From the NCBI RefSeq assembly GCF_022045235.1, contig NW_027266264.1, positions 49,972,001 through 50,036,000 of the forward strand: a DNA stretch of 64,000 nt, given 5' to 3'. Each line of letters starts with the position of its first letter. Position 1 is the stretch's first letter. Positions 51,576 through 63,724 of this stretch are shown one piece after another. The notes beneath the pieces were generated by a model. That model was not told where the DNA came from and made no database searches. It worked only from the letters and a program-made list of their open reading frames with translations. The translations under genes were made by a program, and so were the position numbers. Source of the stretch: Haliotis cracherodii. Its lineage: Eukaryota.

Positions 51576-52195
51576 GAAAATCCGAGGATCGTAAACACAT
51601 ATAAAAGTTTGGTGAAATCACGAGTGTAATGAGAAGAATGGACACAGTGTGCTCTTTCAGTTGATGTCACAGGAAGTATCAGGTAGTGTGAAGACAGGTC
51701 AACAATTCTGACTCCCTTGCACATGGATCGTTATGCTTCCCTTTTAAGTTTCCACGGCTCGGTCGGTTTTCAACCCAAGTGTTTGAAGCTTTAAACAAAG
51801 CGACCTATCACACTACAGCAGAATCACGGTGATTTCCCCAATGAGGATGAAAGCGCCACTCGCGTATTATATCACATTTCAGTCAATCACACTAACTGAT
51901 CTGTCCAATTGACTTACACGTTAGAGCAAGTATCGCGACAACATAGTGGTCAGTGTTCATTATGCTATGTGTCTGTGATGAGGGATTTTGTTTACAAATA
52001 TATGGATCACTGATAACATGACCAGCTGGGGAGATTGTTGGGACTTAACGCCGCTTTGATCATTGTTTCAGTTAAATGAAGACGTGTCATCTTAATTTTC
52101 AGGAAATGACAGTCGAATACATTCACAACGAGCACGAACAACGCTTGATGACTGAAGGATCATGCATAGGACTGACTAATGGATATTAATTTTCA

Positions 52196-52375
52196 NNNNN
52201 NNNNNNNNNNNNNNNNNNNNNNNNNNNNNNNNNNNNNNNNNNNNNNNNNNNNNNNNNNNNNNNNNNNNNNNNNNNNNNNNNNNNNNNNNNNNNNNNNNNN
52301 NNNNNNNNNNNNNNNNNNNNNNNNNNNNNNNNNNNNNNNNNNNNNNNNNNNNNNNNNNNNNNNNNNNNNNNNNNN
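52196..52375. other. Assembly gap (N run)
   Basis: 180 N. Confidence 0.99.
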
Positions 52376-52399
52376 GTGTTTGATCAACAAAAGCCCGTT

Positions 52400-53900
52400 G
52401 TCACGTGCCTCTCAATGCCAACAAACAACCTGTGACCAATAAACAGTAAGATCACCCGTCAAAATGAGAGTATTTAACAAAACCTGAAACGTCAAATAAT
52501 CGAGAAAAAATTTTGTTTTCCAAAAAACCCACTCTTAGCAGCGTGTATGTGATCCACGTGATGCGATCACAGCCTGGCACTGTCACCCCATGCCCCTAAT
52601 AAGTGTTTGGATGGTTGCAAAAGGCCCACTCTTCAGAAAGAGCATTGCCGGGTTCCTGTAGACATCGGCATCAACGACCCTGGCACGATGAGCTCGTGCG
52701 TTATCGTCCATGAGGGTGAAGTCCGAATGCACCAGTATAGGGCCTCACGCCCTCAAAGTAATCCCTGTAGCGACCCGTGAAGATTTTGGGGTAGAATTAT
52801 AGGTCGCCACCAATCCATGTTTGCCGTAAAAGGCGACTATGCTTGTCGTGAGAGGCGACTAACGGGATCGGGTGATCAGGCTCGCTGACGTGGTTGATAC
52901 ATGTCATCGATCCCAATTGAGTGGGTCAATGCTCATGATATCAATCACCGGGTTGTATGGTCAAGACTCGATTATTTATAGACCGCCGTCAATGTAGCTG
53001 GAATGTTGCTGAGTGCGACGTTAAGCAACAAACAAACCAAACCAAGCCATCCCTGCAGTGCACACCTGTCAGCGTGCCCCGCTGTAGGACTTGGCGATCG
53101 GTTCTTCCAGATCCACCGATCCAAACCCAAGTAATGATTGAACCCCCTCCAAGGCGGTCATGTTTCGGCTACGTTGGAATCCTGAAAGCCACGCTCGGAC
53201 ACACATATGTGAAGTCTAGACAGCATCTCGATTCATCAGTGAAAGGTACTGGAGCTCAGTCCTAATCCGTCCATTTGACCTTCAGCCGAAACCGAAACGT
53301 GCCTGCCTGTGACGGGTCTCTGGGATGCGAATGAATGCCCTCCGTGACTGGAGACCAGCATCACATAGACGATTACACACTGTCTGAATAAAAGCGCTAA
53401 TGCCACTGGCGTTCCGCGGGTCATTTTTGAGTGTGGTGGTAGTCACAGGAAGAATCTTGTCTTCCCTTTGTGTAGAGGAACGCTGTCGACCATATGCATG
53501 CCGCTGCGTAGCTGATCCAAACGTCTGGCATCGACTCCCATGTCCTGCAGATCACACTTTGGTTGACGCCAAAGATGTTTGCAATGTGACGTTATGTTTA
53601 CTCAGTTCAAGCACGCATAATTCGTCGTTCGTCAAACATGTTTGACGCTGAGTGCGCATAAGTGTATTCAGTTGTTGCTGCAATCCTCAGTAGCACCTGC
53701 ATGTGATAAAGATGCGCAACGATTCTCTCACGATGCATCCCAACACGGGTTTTCAAGCACATCGTGCACATCTGGCTGCATGTCTCTGTCCGTTCATCAT
53801 GAAATTGAGGTCCTATATGAGTTATCCAATCATTGTGTTTTATGGATTGGATCAAAACTTGATCCATAGCAAACGTTTGGTATATTACTAAAACGTCATA
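52400..53900 (-). mobile_element. Tc1 transposon relic with nested SINE
   Basis: TVCNRLCDAGLQSRR; FTDESRCCLDF; DRLGGGSII; LMDDNARAHRARVV; absent from paralog G6. Confidence 0.82.
52771..53048 (+). mobile_element. SINE-like family B, full length
   Basis: GACCCGTGAAG...ATGCTTGTCGTGAGAGGCGACTAACGGGATCGGGT...GAGTGCGACGTTAAGCAACAAAC; TSD ATCCCTG(T/C)AG at 52761-52770 and 53049-53058. Confidence 0.9.
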
Positions 53901-56604
53901 AAACAAATTACAGAGTGAGGACGAGAGTTTCAACTAAACTAAATAGGAAAAGATCTATACCTCTCGGTTGATTTAATTAAATGTTTGTGAAGCGATATTA
54001 TGACCCAAAATAGACTCTACTTGCGCTACTCATTTATACACCATACTTTAATATAAAAACTATTAAAAAGAAAATGTTCATAATACACACTACTGATGAA
54101 ATAAAATAACGTGCTTTTTTAAGGTAGGGGACATGTTGTTGCAAATTCATTTCTTACTCCAGTCTTCATTGAACAAATATATTTTTTCAAAAAAATACCA
54201 AGTCACAGATTACGTTTACAAACTGTAGCAGAAATGAGTGATGGTTAAATAGACATTATCAAATTTAACAACACGTCTTTAAATTTTTAATTACCTATAA
54301 CACACACCTGGTATACTTTTTTGCACTCAGTTTGTGTCAGTTCAGTTATATAGTGACAAGATATCGATGTGATACAACTTACGCAACGTCATCAATTATT
54401 CACGACTCTCAACATCAAGAGTGAAAGACAGCAGTGACGGGCTGTCAATGCTAAATTACTTAAACGAGGTGTGTTCGAACAGGATATGCTTTACGCTATA
54501 AAATATCACAGTAAATTCGGAATGAATATGAACCACACACCCATTGATGCATGTTCGGTTGATTATATGTCAAGATGTTACAACCTAAACCGATTAATGT
54601 TTAACCGAAATCAGGATAACGACGTCGTTTAACATAGGTTAAAGGTAACCATCGAGCTATAGCCAAAGGTTTGAGGACCTGAAGTAACACGTGAAATGAA
54701 TACATGACAAAGGAAGCCTTAAGCAGCGTTTGTAATGAACGGTCGATTGTTACCTTCAGTCTAACTTCTTTTACTCAAAAGATCTCTTGTGAATCTGTTT
54801 TATATTTAACTTGACACACATATGAGGCACTGCTGTTATGATAACATGTGATTGATAACTTCTTGACACGATTGAATTGAAACGCTGCGCGACGTATTCA
54901 TAATCAAATCCCCTCTTGAATAGCAGACTTAGTATATAACGTCTTGACCCTGTAATACCTGCACTGTAATATCGGAGAATATACGACAGCTACGCGATTA
55001 ATTGCAAGGAACAATGAAAACGAAACGTAGTTTATTTCACGAAAAAACATCGTTCTATCTCATTTCTTGAGATTCTAACATGCGCTCGCAACCTTAATGA
55101 CGTCGTATATTGGAGGTAAGTGTCTTGTAAGTTGTTCCCCTTAGATGTAGCTTGGCAAGGCAGATAAACACTGTGGCGAACGATCGCATCCAGGGCGGGT
55201 TGGATACGACAATCGGTGTTTGGAGAAGAGGTACAGGTAATCAACGTCAGGATTGTAAGACTATACGGGTGAAATCCCACATATAATGCTTAAATTGGAA
55301 TTGTCCGACATGGCCGAGATAGGATTCTATTGAGGAGTCATAATTATTCCATTACGGGTAAATAGTTGTAAAGGCTGTACATTCTATTAGCATCAGGTTG
55401 TACGTTATGGTGATATCTCAGATAAGAAATAAACGACTCGTGGTCGTTATTTATCGTACAATAAAACACTGCAAGGAGCATTTGTTTGCAGAACACCTTT
55501 ATGTGGAAATTACCGAGAGCGACGTTAAACAACATAATACACTAATGGACGCTTACAAGTTTGGTGGCACCAAAGAGCATGCATGAAAACACCTCTACGA
55601 AACGCCTACGTCTTCAAAATGTTAATTATAACCATAAAAGAACCTGGTAGACTATAAAGGAAGATTCTGAGAGTGTCATCATTTTTCATGTGATTGCATT
55701 GTTAGAATTACTTTCGAACAAGATTGGTAGGATATTTCAAACACGTGTTATCACGAAAACATTTCATTACAACTTTTGCTGATATCGACAAAATGGTTTT
55801 GTTATACTGTAAACATAATCCTAATGATTTCTATTCTTTGCTCCGGTATTTAACTCACCGAATCTGGAGATTTGTAACTGGCAAAGACCATGCTTTTGAT
55901 GCTATTAAAGTAATTCAGTTCCATTAGTTACCCGGCCAGGAACCAACACATCATTCAGACAATTAAAGGGTTCGTCGAGGAGGGGATGATCAATGTAAGC
56001 CTGAAAAACAGCCATATGTTATTCGTGCCTTTTACTGTGTGTTTGTTATAAGAATAAATTGGTAACCGGAAACTAACGGGACTTTGATATAATAAATCAA
56101 AGAAATGTCGACTTCTTTGCCCTTTAGAGATAAAATCAATACCCAGTCCTGTCGTTCGTTCCTGTCATAATTCTGTATGGGATCCCAAGTTATAACTTTC
56201 TATTGGGTGCACGGGTGACCCAGTCGTCGATGGGAACGCGACTCACAAAGCAGATATGCGTTCGTTAGGCTTTGGCGTTCCCGATCGAGGGTTTGAATCA
56301 CATTGCGGAACTCACTGTGCATGAGTCGTCGACTTCAACTGGTCATCGGTTAGATTACAACGTATGGCATCCCCTTGCCAGTGGATTCCACAAGAGTGGT
56401 AACGTCGACTTTCGACTTGTGTATTTATTAGCACCTGACGCGCAGTTATCTAAAGTAGAACACTTTTCAAAGCGGCGTAAAAACCTCAATCAACTCCTAG
56501 GAAACGGTACATAAATATAACGTCAATATTCCTGACTTAGCTCTGTCCATGTTTCAAGTCAACTTAGAAGTGCATTACCACTAAACGTCGTTTCATGATG
56601 AAAC

Positions 56605-56870
56605 GCGGTCATGTGGATCTAGTGGTAGAGCATCTGCCCAGAGAGCGGAAGATCGAGGGTTCGATCCCCTGCCGCGTCATCCCAAAAGACGTTAAAATAT
56701 GGTACTTGTTGTTACCCTGCCTTGCGCTCGGTATTAAGGCGCTAAAACAAGGCCGTGTCGGCTCGAAGTCAGTGTACTGTGTCCGAGATGGGTATTCGTG
56801 TTAAGCTGCGGCATGGTATCTCAGTGTGCTAGCACTATAAATCGGCATCAGTCCGGATTTGTACAAGAAG

Positions 56871-56938
<68 letters not shown>

Positions 56939-57015
56939 ACACACACATGTAAATGCACGTCGCTATATAAATGCAATAATCTTGGACGCGACATTAAACC
57001 CCATTTCACCTCACT
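56605..57015 (+). mobile_element. SINE family C, full length with long (CA)n
   Basis: tRNA-like head, CCAAAAGACGTTAAAATATGGTAC body, (CA)n at 56872-56948, CATTTCACCTCAC end. Confidence 0.9.
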
Positions 57016-59479
57016 TCTCTTTCAGTTAATATATATCTTGGATAGATTAATATGTCTGGACAATATTGTCGCCCTCAGTAGACATGCGATTGGGCTTAGT
57101 CAAGATCGACCCACGCATAAAAACCCTTTTCAGTCGTGGACAGATGCTACAAAACCTTTAATGATGTCAACGCTGAGGTTGACCTTGTATTCCAATATAA
57201 GTACCTAGATCGAAACCTAGTAGCCACCAAAGAGCTGATATACTGACTGTAGTTCATTTCAAAGACAATTTATTACCCCATTCTAATAAGTATATACCAG
57301 GACTCTTTGTGTGAGTCAGTATAGTTTAATATACATGATACCCGTTAGCATCAGATTTGTAATAGATTGTGTTTGACACCGCACTCATCACACTTCTGGA
57401 TGCCAAACATCTTAAGGACGGAGTACTGAACCAGGTACATCGGTGACTGACATTATGAACATCAAGTCTGGTCCATTGGGACAAGCAAATGTTGCTTCGA
57501 ACAGCTGTCCAACGGCAACATTAAAGATTTACAAAAAAAACTATGTATAATTATTGAGGAGGCTCAAATATCTGTGAGTATATAGATAATTCCCCTGAAG
57601 TTCGAAATCATAGTCACAAGAACATTTTCAACACATGAATAAGGCAACACATATATATGAGATGACATACATCAAGTCAAAAGATGGTAAGAGTGTGCCA
57701 TTAAATCACGAGAGAATGAAATAGTAAGGTCACTAATTCTCTAACATGGAATGAGATGACACAGCAACAACGACGACCGCCGGACACAAGACCGTGACCA
57801 GACTAGTTTTACGACCGCCGTAATAATAACATAAAAAACTGAAAGCATGGCTATATTAAAATACGTGTTCGTAAATAGTTCAAATATATTACTCATACAA
57901 AGTTTTATGTATGTTTGGTTAAAAATAATGTGTTAAGAAAAACTATTAACCGTTCAGCCCATCTCATTATTACTTTGTTTCTTCATTATTCTTTTGTACA
58001 GTGGACGACAAGAACTTTCCTTTAAAGGCCAAAATTATATATCAGTTTACGACACGGTGACAGGGTAATTTAGGACAGTCATTTATGGCTTCACTTCTGA
58101 GTGAACTGTGCTGAAATCATGTATACAGAAACTCTCTAGTTAAATAGACAGTGGAAAAAATACGCCTCAGTCACTTAAAACGGGACCGACCCGCAGTACT
58201 CAAAGCGATCACGTTAAACTTTCTTTTTTTTTCTTTTCCATGTGAAGCTGCAAATGTGATGATCACCGCCGAAGGCTCATGCGATTGGCACAGCAACATA
58301 AGGACTATAGTGATTCGTAAGTGATTAACTTTAACAAGGAAAGTGTTACAGAAATATTACAGCATTCCGTTGGCTTCAGTGCAGCTCCATCAGTTGTACA
58401 AATTATTCCTGTACCTTTTGTGAAATTAATGATCGGTTATTAAGCAGTAAGGGAGCGACGTCCAGTTGGTGTTCACAAGACCAGATTCTGGTTGTAAGAA
58501 ATCTGCCCTCGACTGATAAAGCGATTTGGGTTGAGAATCACACAATTCAGAAACACCAACGTTGAAAGGCCTCATGAAACCGTGCTTTTTGTCAGCACCG
58601 AAGGTCATAACCGTGTCCTTCGCGAACCACGGGGAATATGGGTTCAATAAGAGCTACTTTTAGGGAATAAATGACCGTAAATCAGCAAACGCCTGACAGA
58701 ATATCAGACAGGCCTTTAGTGCGATACGTATGAAGAGGGGTGGTTCATGCCAGTAAGGACCAAGAGCTATTAACTTGGGTGGCTCGTAAACATACTTAAT
58801 CCTTCGATCACAAAATCGACCCAACTGACCTACCCTTCCATGATGAGGCTTAACTTCCCTTGTCTTTTCATTTATCGTATCAACCGGACGCGAATAGAAT
58901 TCTCTAAAATAAGTGGTTAATCAGGAAATTAGGCGGTTATATGTCACGGACACTCAGCATATATCAAGATAGAAGGCGATGTCGTAACACTCAAAAAAGG
59001 ATACATCAATAATCTACTTTCAATATAATTGTACTTACTTTTTCAACTTTTTAAAATCTTTTCTGTGAGCCATATTCTTCATATGGGGATACCTGATCAA
59101 AACTGGTCAACATCAACCTATGCTTCTAAGAGAATTAATGGATGGTAATGCTCGTGAAACTAAATAAAAATATTTAAAAATCTATCTATTTGTTTACATC
59201 AGCTCACCTGCCAGTTCAGTGCTGTCGCTGAAGAATTATATTCTACCATGTCATAGAAGAATGATTGGTTCTAATTATTTAAAATAAGCCATTTCACGCC
59301 CGCACGCACGCATACGCACACGCACACACACGCACGCACGCACGCACTCAAGCACGCATGCAAGCACGCACGCACACACGCACGCACGCACACACACACG
59401 AACGTCGCTATAGAGATACAATTGTAATAACCTCGCCTCTCATAATTATTTCTATCCATTAGATCAAGACTTACGACCG

Positions 59480-59638
59480 AGTGAATGATGAGTTTAACCG
59501 CCGTGTAATTGCAGCAATGTTACGGTGAGAGTCACCAAGAACTTGTGTAGGTGTCATATATAACCTATTTTGGATTCGAACCTGAGTCAGTAAGGCGAGG
59601 CGGGGCAACCTTTTAACCACTCGACTAACCCACTGCCC
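59480..59638 (-). mobile_element. SINE family A, degenerate
   Basis: GAGTGAATGA tail, GATTCGAACC, TTTTAACCACTCGACTAACCCACTGCCC. Confidence 0.6.
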
Positions 59639-59680
59639 TGTCAGCATAATGAGTATGTTAGGACATGATTTTGTTTCAAT

Positions 59681-59911
59681 GACCGCCTCCGTGGTCTACC
59701 GGATAGAGCGTTTGCCTGGAGAGCGGAAGGTTTGAAGTTCGATCCCTGACCGCGTCCTAATATCGTTAAATGTGTCGTGTCGCTCGGCATCTCGGGGTAA
59801 AACAAGAACTGTTCGGCTCGAATTGATGTGTCTGAGAGTGGTATGAATGTTAAACTACGGCATGGTATCTCCGAGTGTAGCACTATAAAACAGGTTTTGT
59901 TCCAGATCAGT

Positions 59912-59972
<61 letters not shown>

Positions 59973-59995
59973 TACACACACAAACACACACGTAC
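59681..59995 (+). mobile_element. SINE family C with (GCAC)n/(CA)n tail
   Basis: GACCGCCTCCGTGGTCTA head, GTTCGATCCC, GCATGGTATCTC..GTGTAGCACTATAAA. Confidence 0.85.
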
Positions 59996-60785
59996 AATTA
60001 CCCATCATGTTTTGCAACAAAATTAATAACGGAAGCATGAAATACCACTTTTCCCCATGACAGGAATTTTAAAGGAATGACATGGTGAGATATGTGACAA
60101 TATTGTCTGCTAATTCACCTTGGCATCAGTTCAGGATGTCAGTAATCAACCAAACCACCTTATCAAATGAATCTCAACAAAGATCATAAAAGAATAGCTG
60201 TCGTGGGAATGACAGTTAGATCACTCACACCGTCCCCACAGTAAGACCTCTTTCGCTGTTGTATGCGTATACTCCTAAGTGTATATTGGTTCTCTGACAA
60301 ACACTCTCTATGAGCACCGTCTGTATGATGTTTATTTTCATTGATTCATCTAAACACAACAACGTTCTGATAACCTTGTGCTAAGATTCACGTTCGCTTA
60401 ATATCCGAGTACCGGTTCGTGAAAGATAGTTTTAGTGGCAACATCGGCATAATAAAAGTCCTTTTATAGACCACATTATTCTTTAATACGAAATTAGGAA
60501 GTATTCCTTCTTGTTAATCTCAGAATAAATTAATTTCTTGATTACTTAATAGGAAGGATATCTCGACATGTAGTGATTATTTTTAACCCTTCTCCATCCT
60601 GACATAATTCAACTTGTGATACGAGGCATCGTCTTCCACCAGTCAGGTCTTGCTGTGAATCGTCCGCAGATTCAATGAAAATATGAAGGCATAAGGGAAC
60701 AACTATCGATGAATGAGTTTGGGTAAACCACGTTTTCAACTACAACAGCTATGTAACGGCGATTCAGCATGTCACGTACGCTTAA

Positions 60786-60940
60786 GTGAGTGTGTGAGTT
60801 GGTTTTATGTCGCCTTTAGTCATAGTCCAGGACGGGGACACAAGAAATGGGGTTGACACATTTTAATCATGTGGTAATCGAACGTGGAAGTCTTCGGCGT
60901 GACGAGCGAACGCTTTTACCACAAGGCTATCACACCAACC
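60786..60940 (-). mobile_element. SINE family A, insertion shared with G5
   Basis: GTCTTCGGCGTGACGAGCGAACGCTTTTACCACAAGGCT; flanks match those of 51432-51575. Confidence 0.85.
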
Positions 60941-62029
60941 GGAAGTCCGGGGACCATATAAACATTATACAAGTTTGGTGAAATCACGAGTGTGAAGCGA
61001 AGGAGTGACACAGTGTGTTCTTTCAGTTAATGTCACACAAAGTATCAGGTAGTGTGAAGACAGGTCAACAATTCTGATTCCCTTGCACATGGATCGTTAT
61101 GCTTGTAGTTTCCACGACTCCGTTAATTTTCAGCCCAAGTGAGTGGAGCTTGAATAACAAGACCTATCGCACTACAACAGATTCACAGTGATTTCCCCAA
61201 TTGGGATGAAAGCGCCACTCAATGATTAAATCACTATCGGTCAATCACACTAACTGATCTGTCCAATTGATTTACACGTTAGAGCAAGTATCGCGACAAC
61301 ATAGTGGTCAGTGTTCACCATGCTATGTGTCTGTGATGAGGGATAGTGTTTACAAACATTTGGATCATTGATAATATGACCGGCTGGGGAGATGGGTGGG
61401 ACTTAACGCCGCTTTGATTAAGTTTTTAGTATGAACACATGTCACCTTAATGTTTGGGGAAATGCCAGATTCGAATACATTCACAACGAGAACAAACAAC
61501 ATGGTGGTCGTTAAAGGATCGTACACAGGACACAGCATGACTAAGTGATATGATTTTGCACAACGGGTTACTGCGCCCGAGACGACAACCTGTGTCCCAG
61601 TACTAGCAGAGTTGCAACTATATGTTTGTCACAGTAGTCATATAGTGATAAGACTAGATGTAAACCAAATTAAGCAACGTCATTCAAGTAATCATGACTG
61701 TTAACTTTCAATGCTGAATTACCTTAACGAAGCTTGCACTTACAGGATATGCCTTACGCTATTTCAAAATATCACATATAATTCGGAAATACCATGAACC
61801 AAACACCCATTAATGGATAGTTCGGTTGATTATACGTCAATATATTACAAACCTAAACCGATTAATGTGTAACGACGTCGTTTAACAATGATTAAAGGAA
61901 GCAATCGACAGATGTCCAAAGATTTGAGGACCTAAATTAACACTTGACCTATACATGACAAAGAAACACCATCTTGACACACGACACCTGTGTTTAAACA
62001 CATTGATTAAAGGTATTCCACAATCAAGG

Positions 62030-62216
62030 TGAGAATTGGTTTTAAGCGGCCCATGCTTGTCTTAAGATGATACTAACGGGATCGTGGGGTCAGATTTGCT
62101 GTCTTGGTTGATGCATGTCATTGTATCCCAAATGCGTGATTGGATGCTGTCAACCACTGGATTGTCTGGTCCAGACTTGATTATTTGCAGCCCTCCATGT
62201 TAAACACCAAACAAAC
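62030..62216 (+). mobile_element. SINE-like family B
   Basis: CCCATGCTTGTC...TAACGGGATCG...GGATTGTCTGGTCCAGAC. Confidence 0.8.
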
Positions 62217-62789
62217 AGAATACACAAAAGAACTCTTAGAAAGAACGCTCATACGTATATCTCGATTGAAATCCATCTGAATGTTACATATAATCTACAA
62301 AAAAACTGGTATGATATAAAGGAAGCTTCTGACTACATCACATTATATGAGATTGCTTTCGAACAAGATTGGGGATATTTTTGACACGTGTTATCAAGAA
62401 AACATATTTCATTACAACTATTGCTGATACCCACAATTATTTTGCCATACTGTAAGAACAATCATAAAGTCTCTGTCATTTATCTTATTTGCTTTGGTAT
62501 TAAACTGAGCTAAACTGGAGATGTGTGAATTGGCAAAGACCATTATTTTGATATATTAAATTTATTCAGACCCATTAATAACGAAAAATAAAAGGCTCGT
62601 CGAGGAAGTCTTACCGGGTCTTTGATACATAAATCAAAGAAATGACGACTTTGCCCTTTAGAGATAAGACCAACACCTTTTCGTTGAAAAATGAAAAAAT
62701 ATTTCTTTCCTGTCACAATTCTATATAGGATCTCAGTTATAACTTTCCATAGGGTGCACGGCCGACCCAGTCGTCAGTGCAGGGGTGCA

Positions 62790-62970
62790 TTCCATAGGCG
62801 TTCCAGAAAACTATGATCGAGTGTTTGAACCACAGATTCGCCGCCTGATGTTTCTAGGTCAGTTCCAAAGACATGCATCACTTTGGGCTTTCCTCCCAGT
62901 TCACACTGACACGACTTGGTGTAACTGAAATCCTGGCCACTAGGGTATTAAATAAAACGCTCTCTTTACT
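62790..62970 (+). mobile_element. SINE family D
   Basis: ATGTTTCTAGGTC...TGCATCACTTTGGGCTTTCCTCCCA matches 505-567. Confidence 0.7.
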
Positions 62971-63351
62971 CTGTAGGCATTAAGTACATGTCTTTTATGG
63001 AACGGCAGTGGCCAAGTCATCTTGGCCGCAGTGCATAGAGCCATTACAGGTTGTACGTACCCGAGTCATTTCCTTCAACTGGTCGTCGATGAGGTTACAA
63101 CGTTTGGCGTGCCCTTGCCAGTAGATTTCACAAAAGTGGTCGCGTCGACATTCGACATATGTATGTTGCGCACAGAGACGTTAAAGCCTTAATCAACTCC
63201 TCGGAAACTCTACAAAACTATCGAACATAAATATAACGTCGATTATCCTCACTTAAATCTGTTCATTTTTCAAGTCACCTCAGTGATGTATTTCCACAAA
63301 GCATCGTTTCACGATGAACACAACTTCACACGTTTTATTTATGATGATAAA

Positions 63352-63724
63352 GCTGCCTCCTTGGTATAATGGATAAAGCGTCTGCCACGGGAGCGGAAGG
63401 TTGGTGTTCGATCGTCATACAAAAAGACGTTAAAATATGGTGCTCTGCCTGACGTTCAGGATTAAGGTCAGTTCGGAGTCAGTACACTCTGTCAGAGTAG
63501 GGTATTCATTTTAAATTGCGATATGGTATGTCAGTGGGTTAGCACTATAAAACCGACATTAATATGGATTAGTACAAGCACAAACACACACACACACACA
63601 CACACACACCCACACACACACACACACGCACACGCACACAGACACACACACGCGCGCGCACATGCACGTCCCTATGTAAGTGATACAATCTTGAACGCGA
63701 CGTAAAACTCTACTTAACTTCTCC
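63352..63724 (+). mobile_element. SINE family C
   Basis: GCCTCCTTGGTATAATGG head, AAAAGACGTTAAAATATGG, TAGCACTATAAAA, (CA)n; position equivalent to 56605 in G5. Confidence 0.85.

Larger units (their letters stand above)
51265..56600 (+). pseudogene. Decayed multi-Ig-domain gene, copy G5
   Basis: VIIIQPFPH*HLTEGNRLMI; GE-HECNEKNGHSVLFQL; VSGSVKTGQQF*LPCTW; SVQLTYTLEQVSRQHSGQCSLCYVS; VK*RRVIL...**LKD; GHRLDYNVWHPL; interrupted by a SINE, a gap and a Tc1; colinear with G6. Confidence 0.62.
60555..63320 (+). pseudogene. Decayed multi-Ig-domain gene, copy G6
   Basis: RSCCESSADSMKI*RHKGTTI; GE-HECEAKE; one frame at 61030-61370 with Cys19 (FPCTW) and Cys98 (LEQVSRQHSGQCSPC), 79 codons apart; VTLMFGKC...TWWSLKD; colinear with G5. 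Confidence 0.62.

Noticed and set aside
51652-51688. TTTCAG...CAG|GT mini-exon-like patterns here and at 21775-21812
   Set aside because: They fall inside continuous + strand Ig-like reading (FQLMS, PISGVLF), so they are probably coincidental.
51918-51960. Apparent minus-strand signal-peptide exon MNTDHYVVAILALT with a GTAAGT donor (also 61276-61321)
   Set aside because: It overlaps the + strand LEQVSRQHSG Ig motif, has a weak h-region, and I found no downstream exon.
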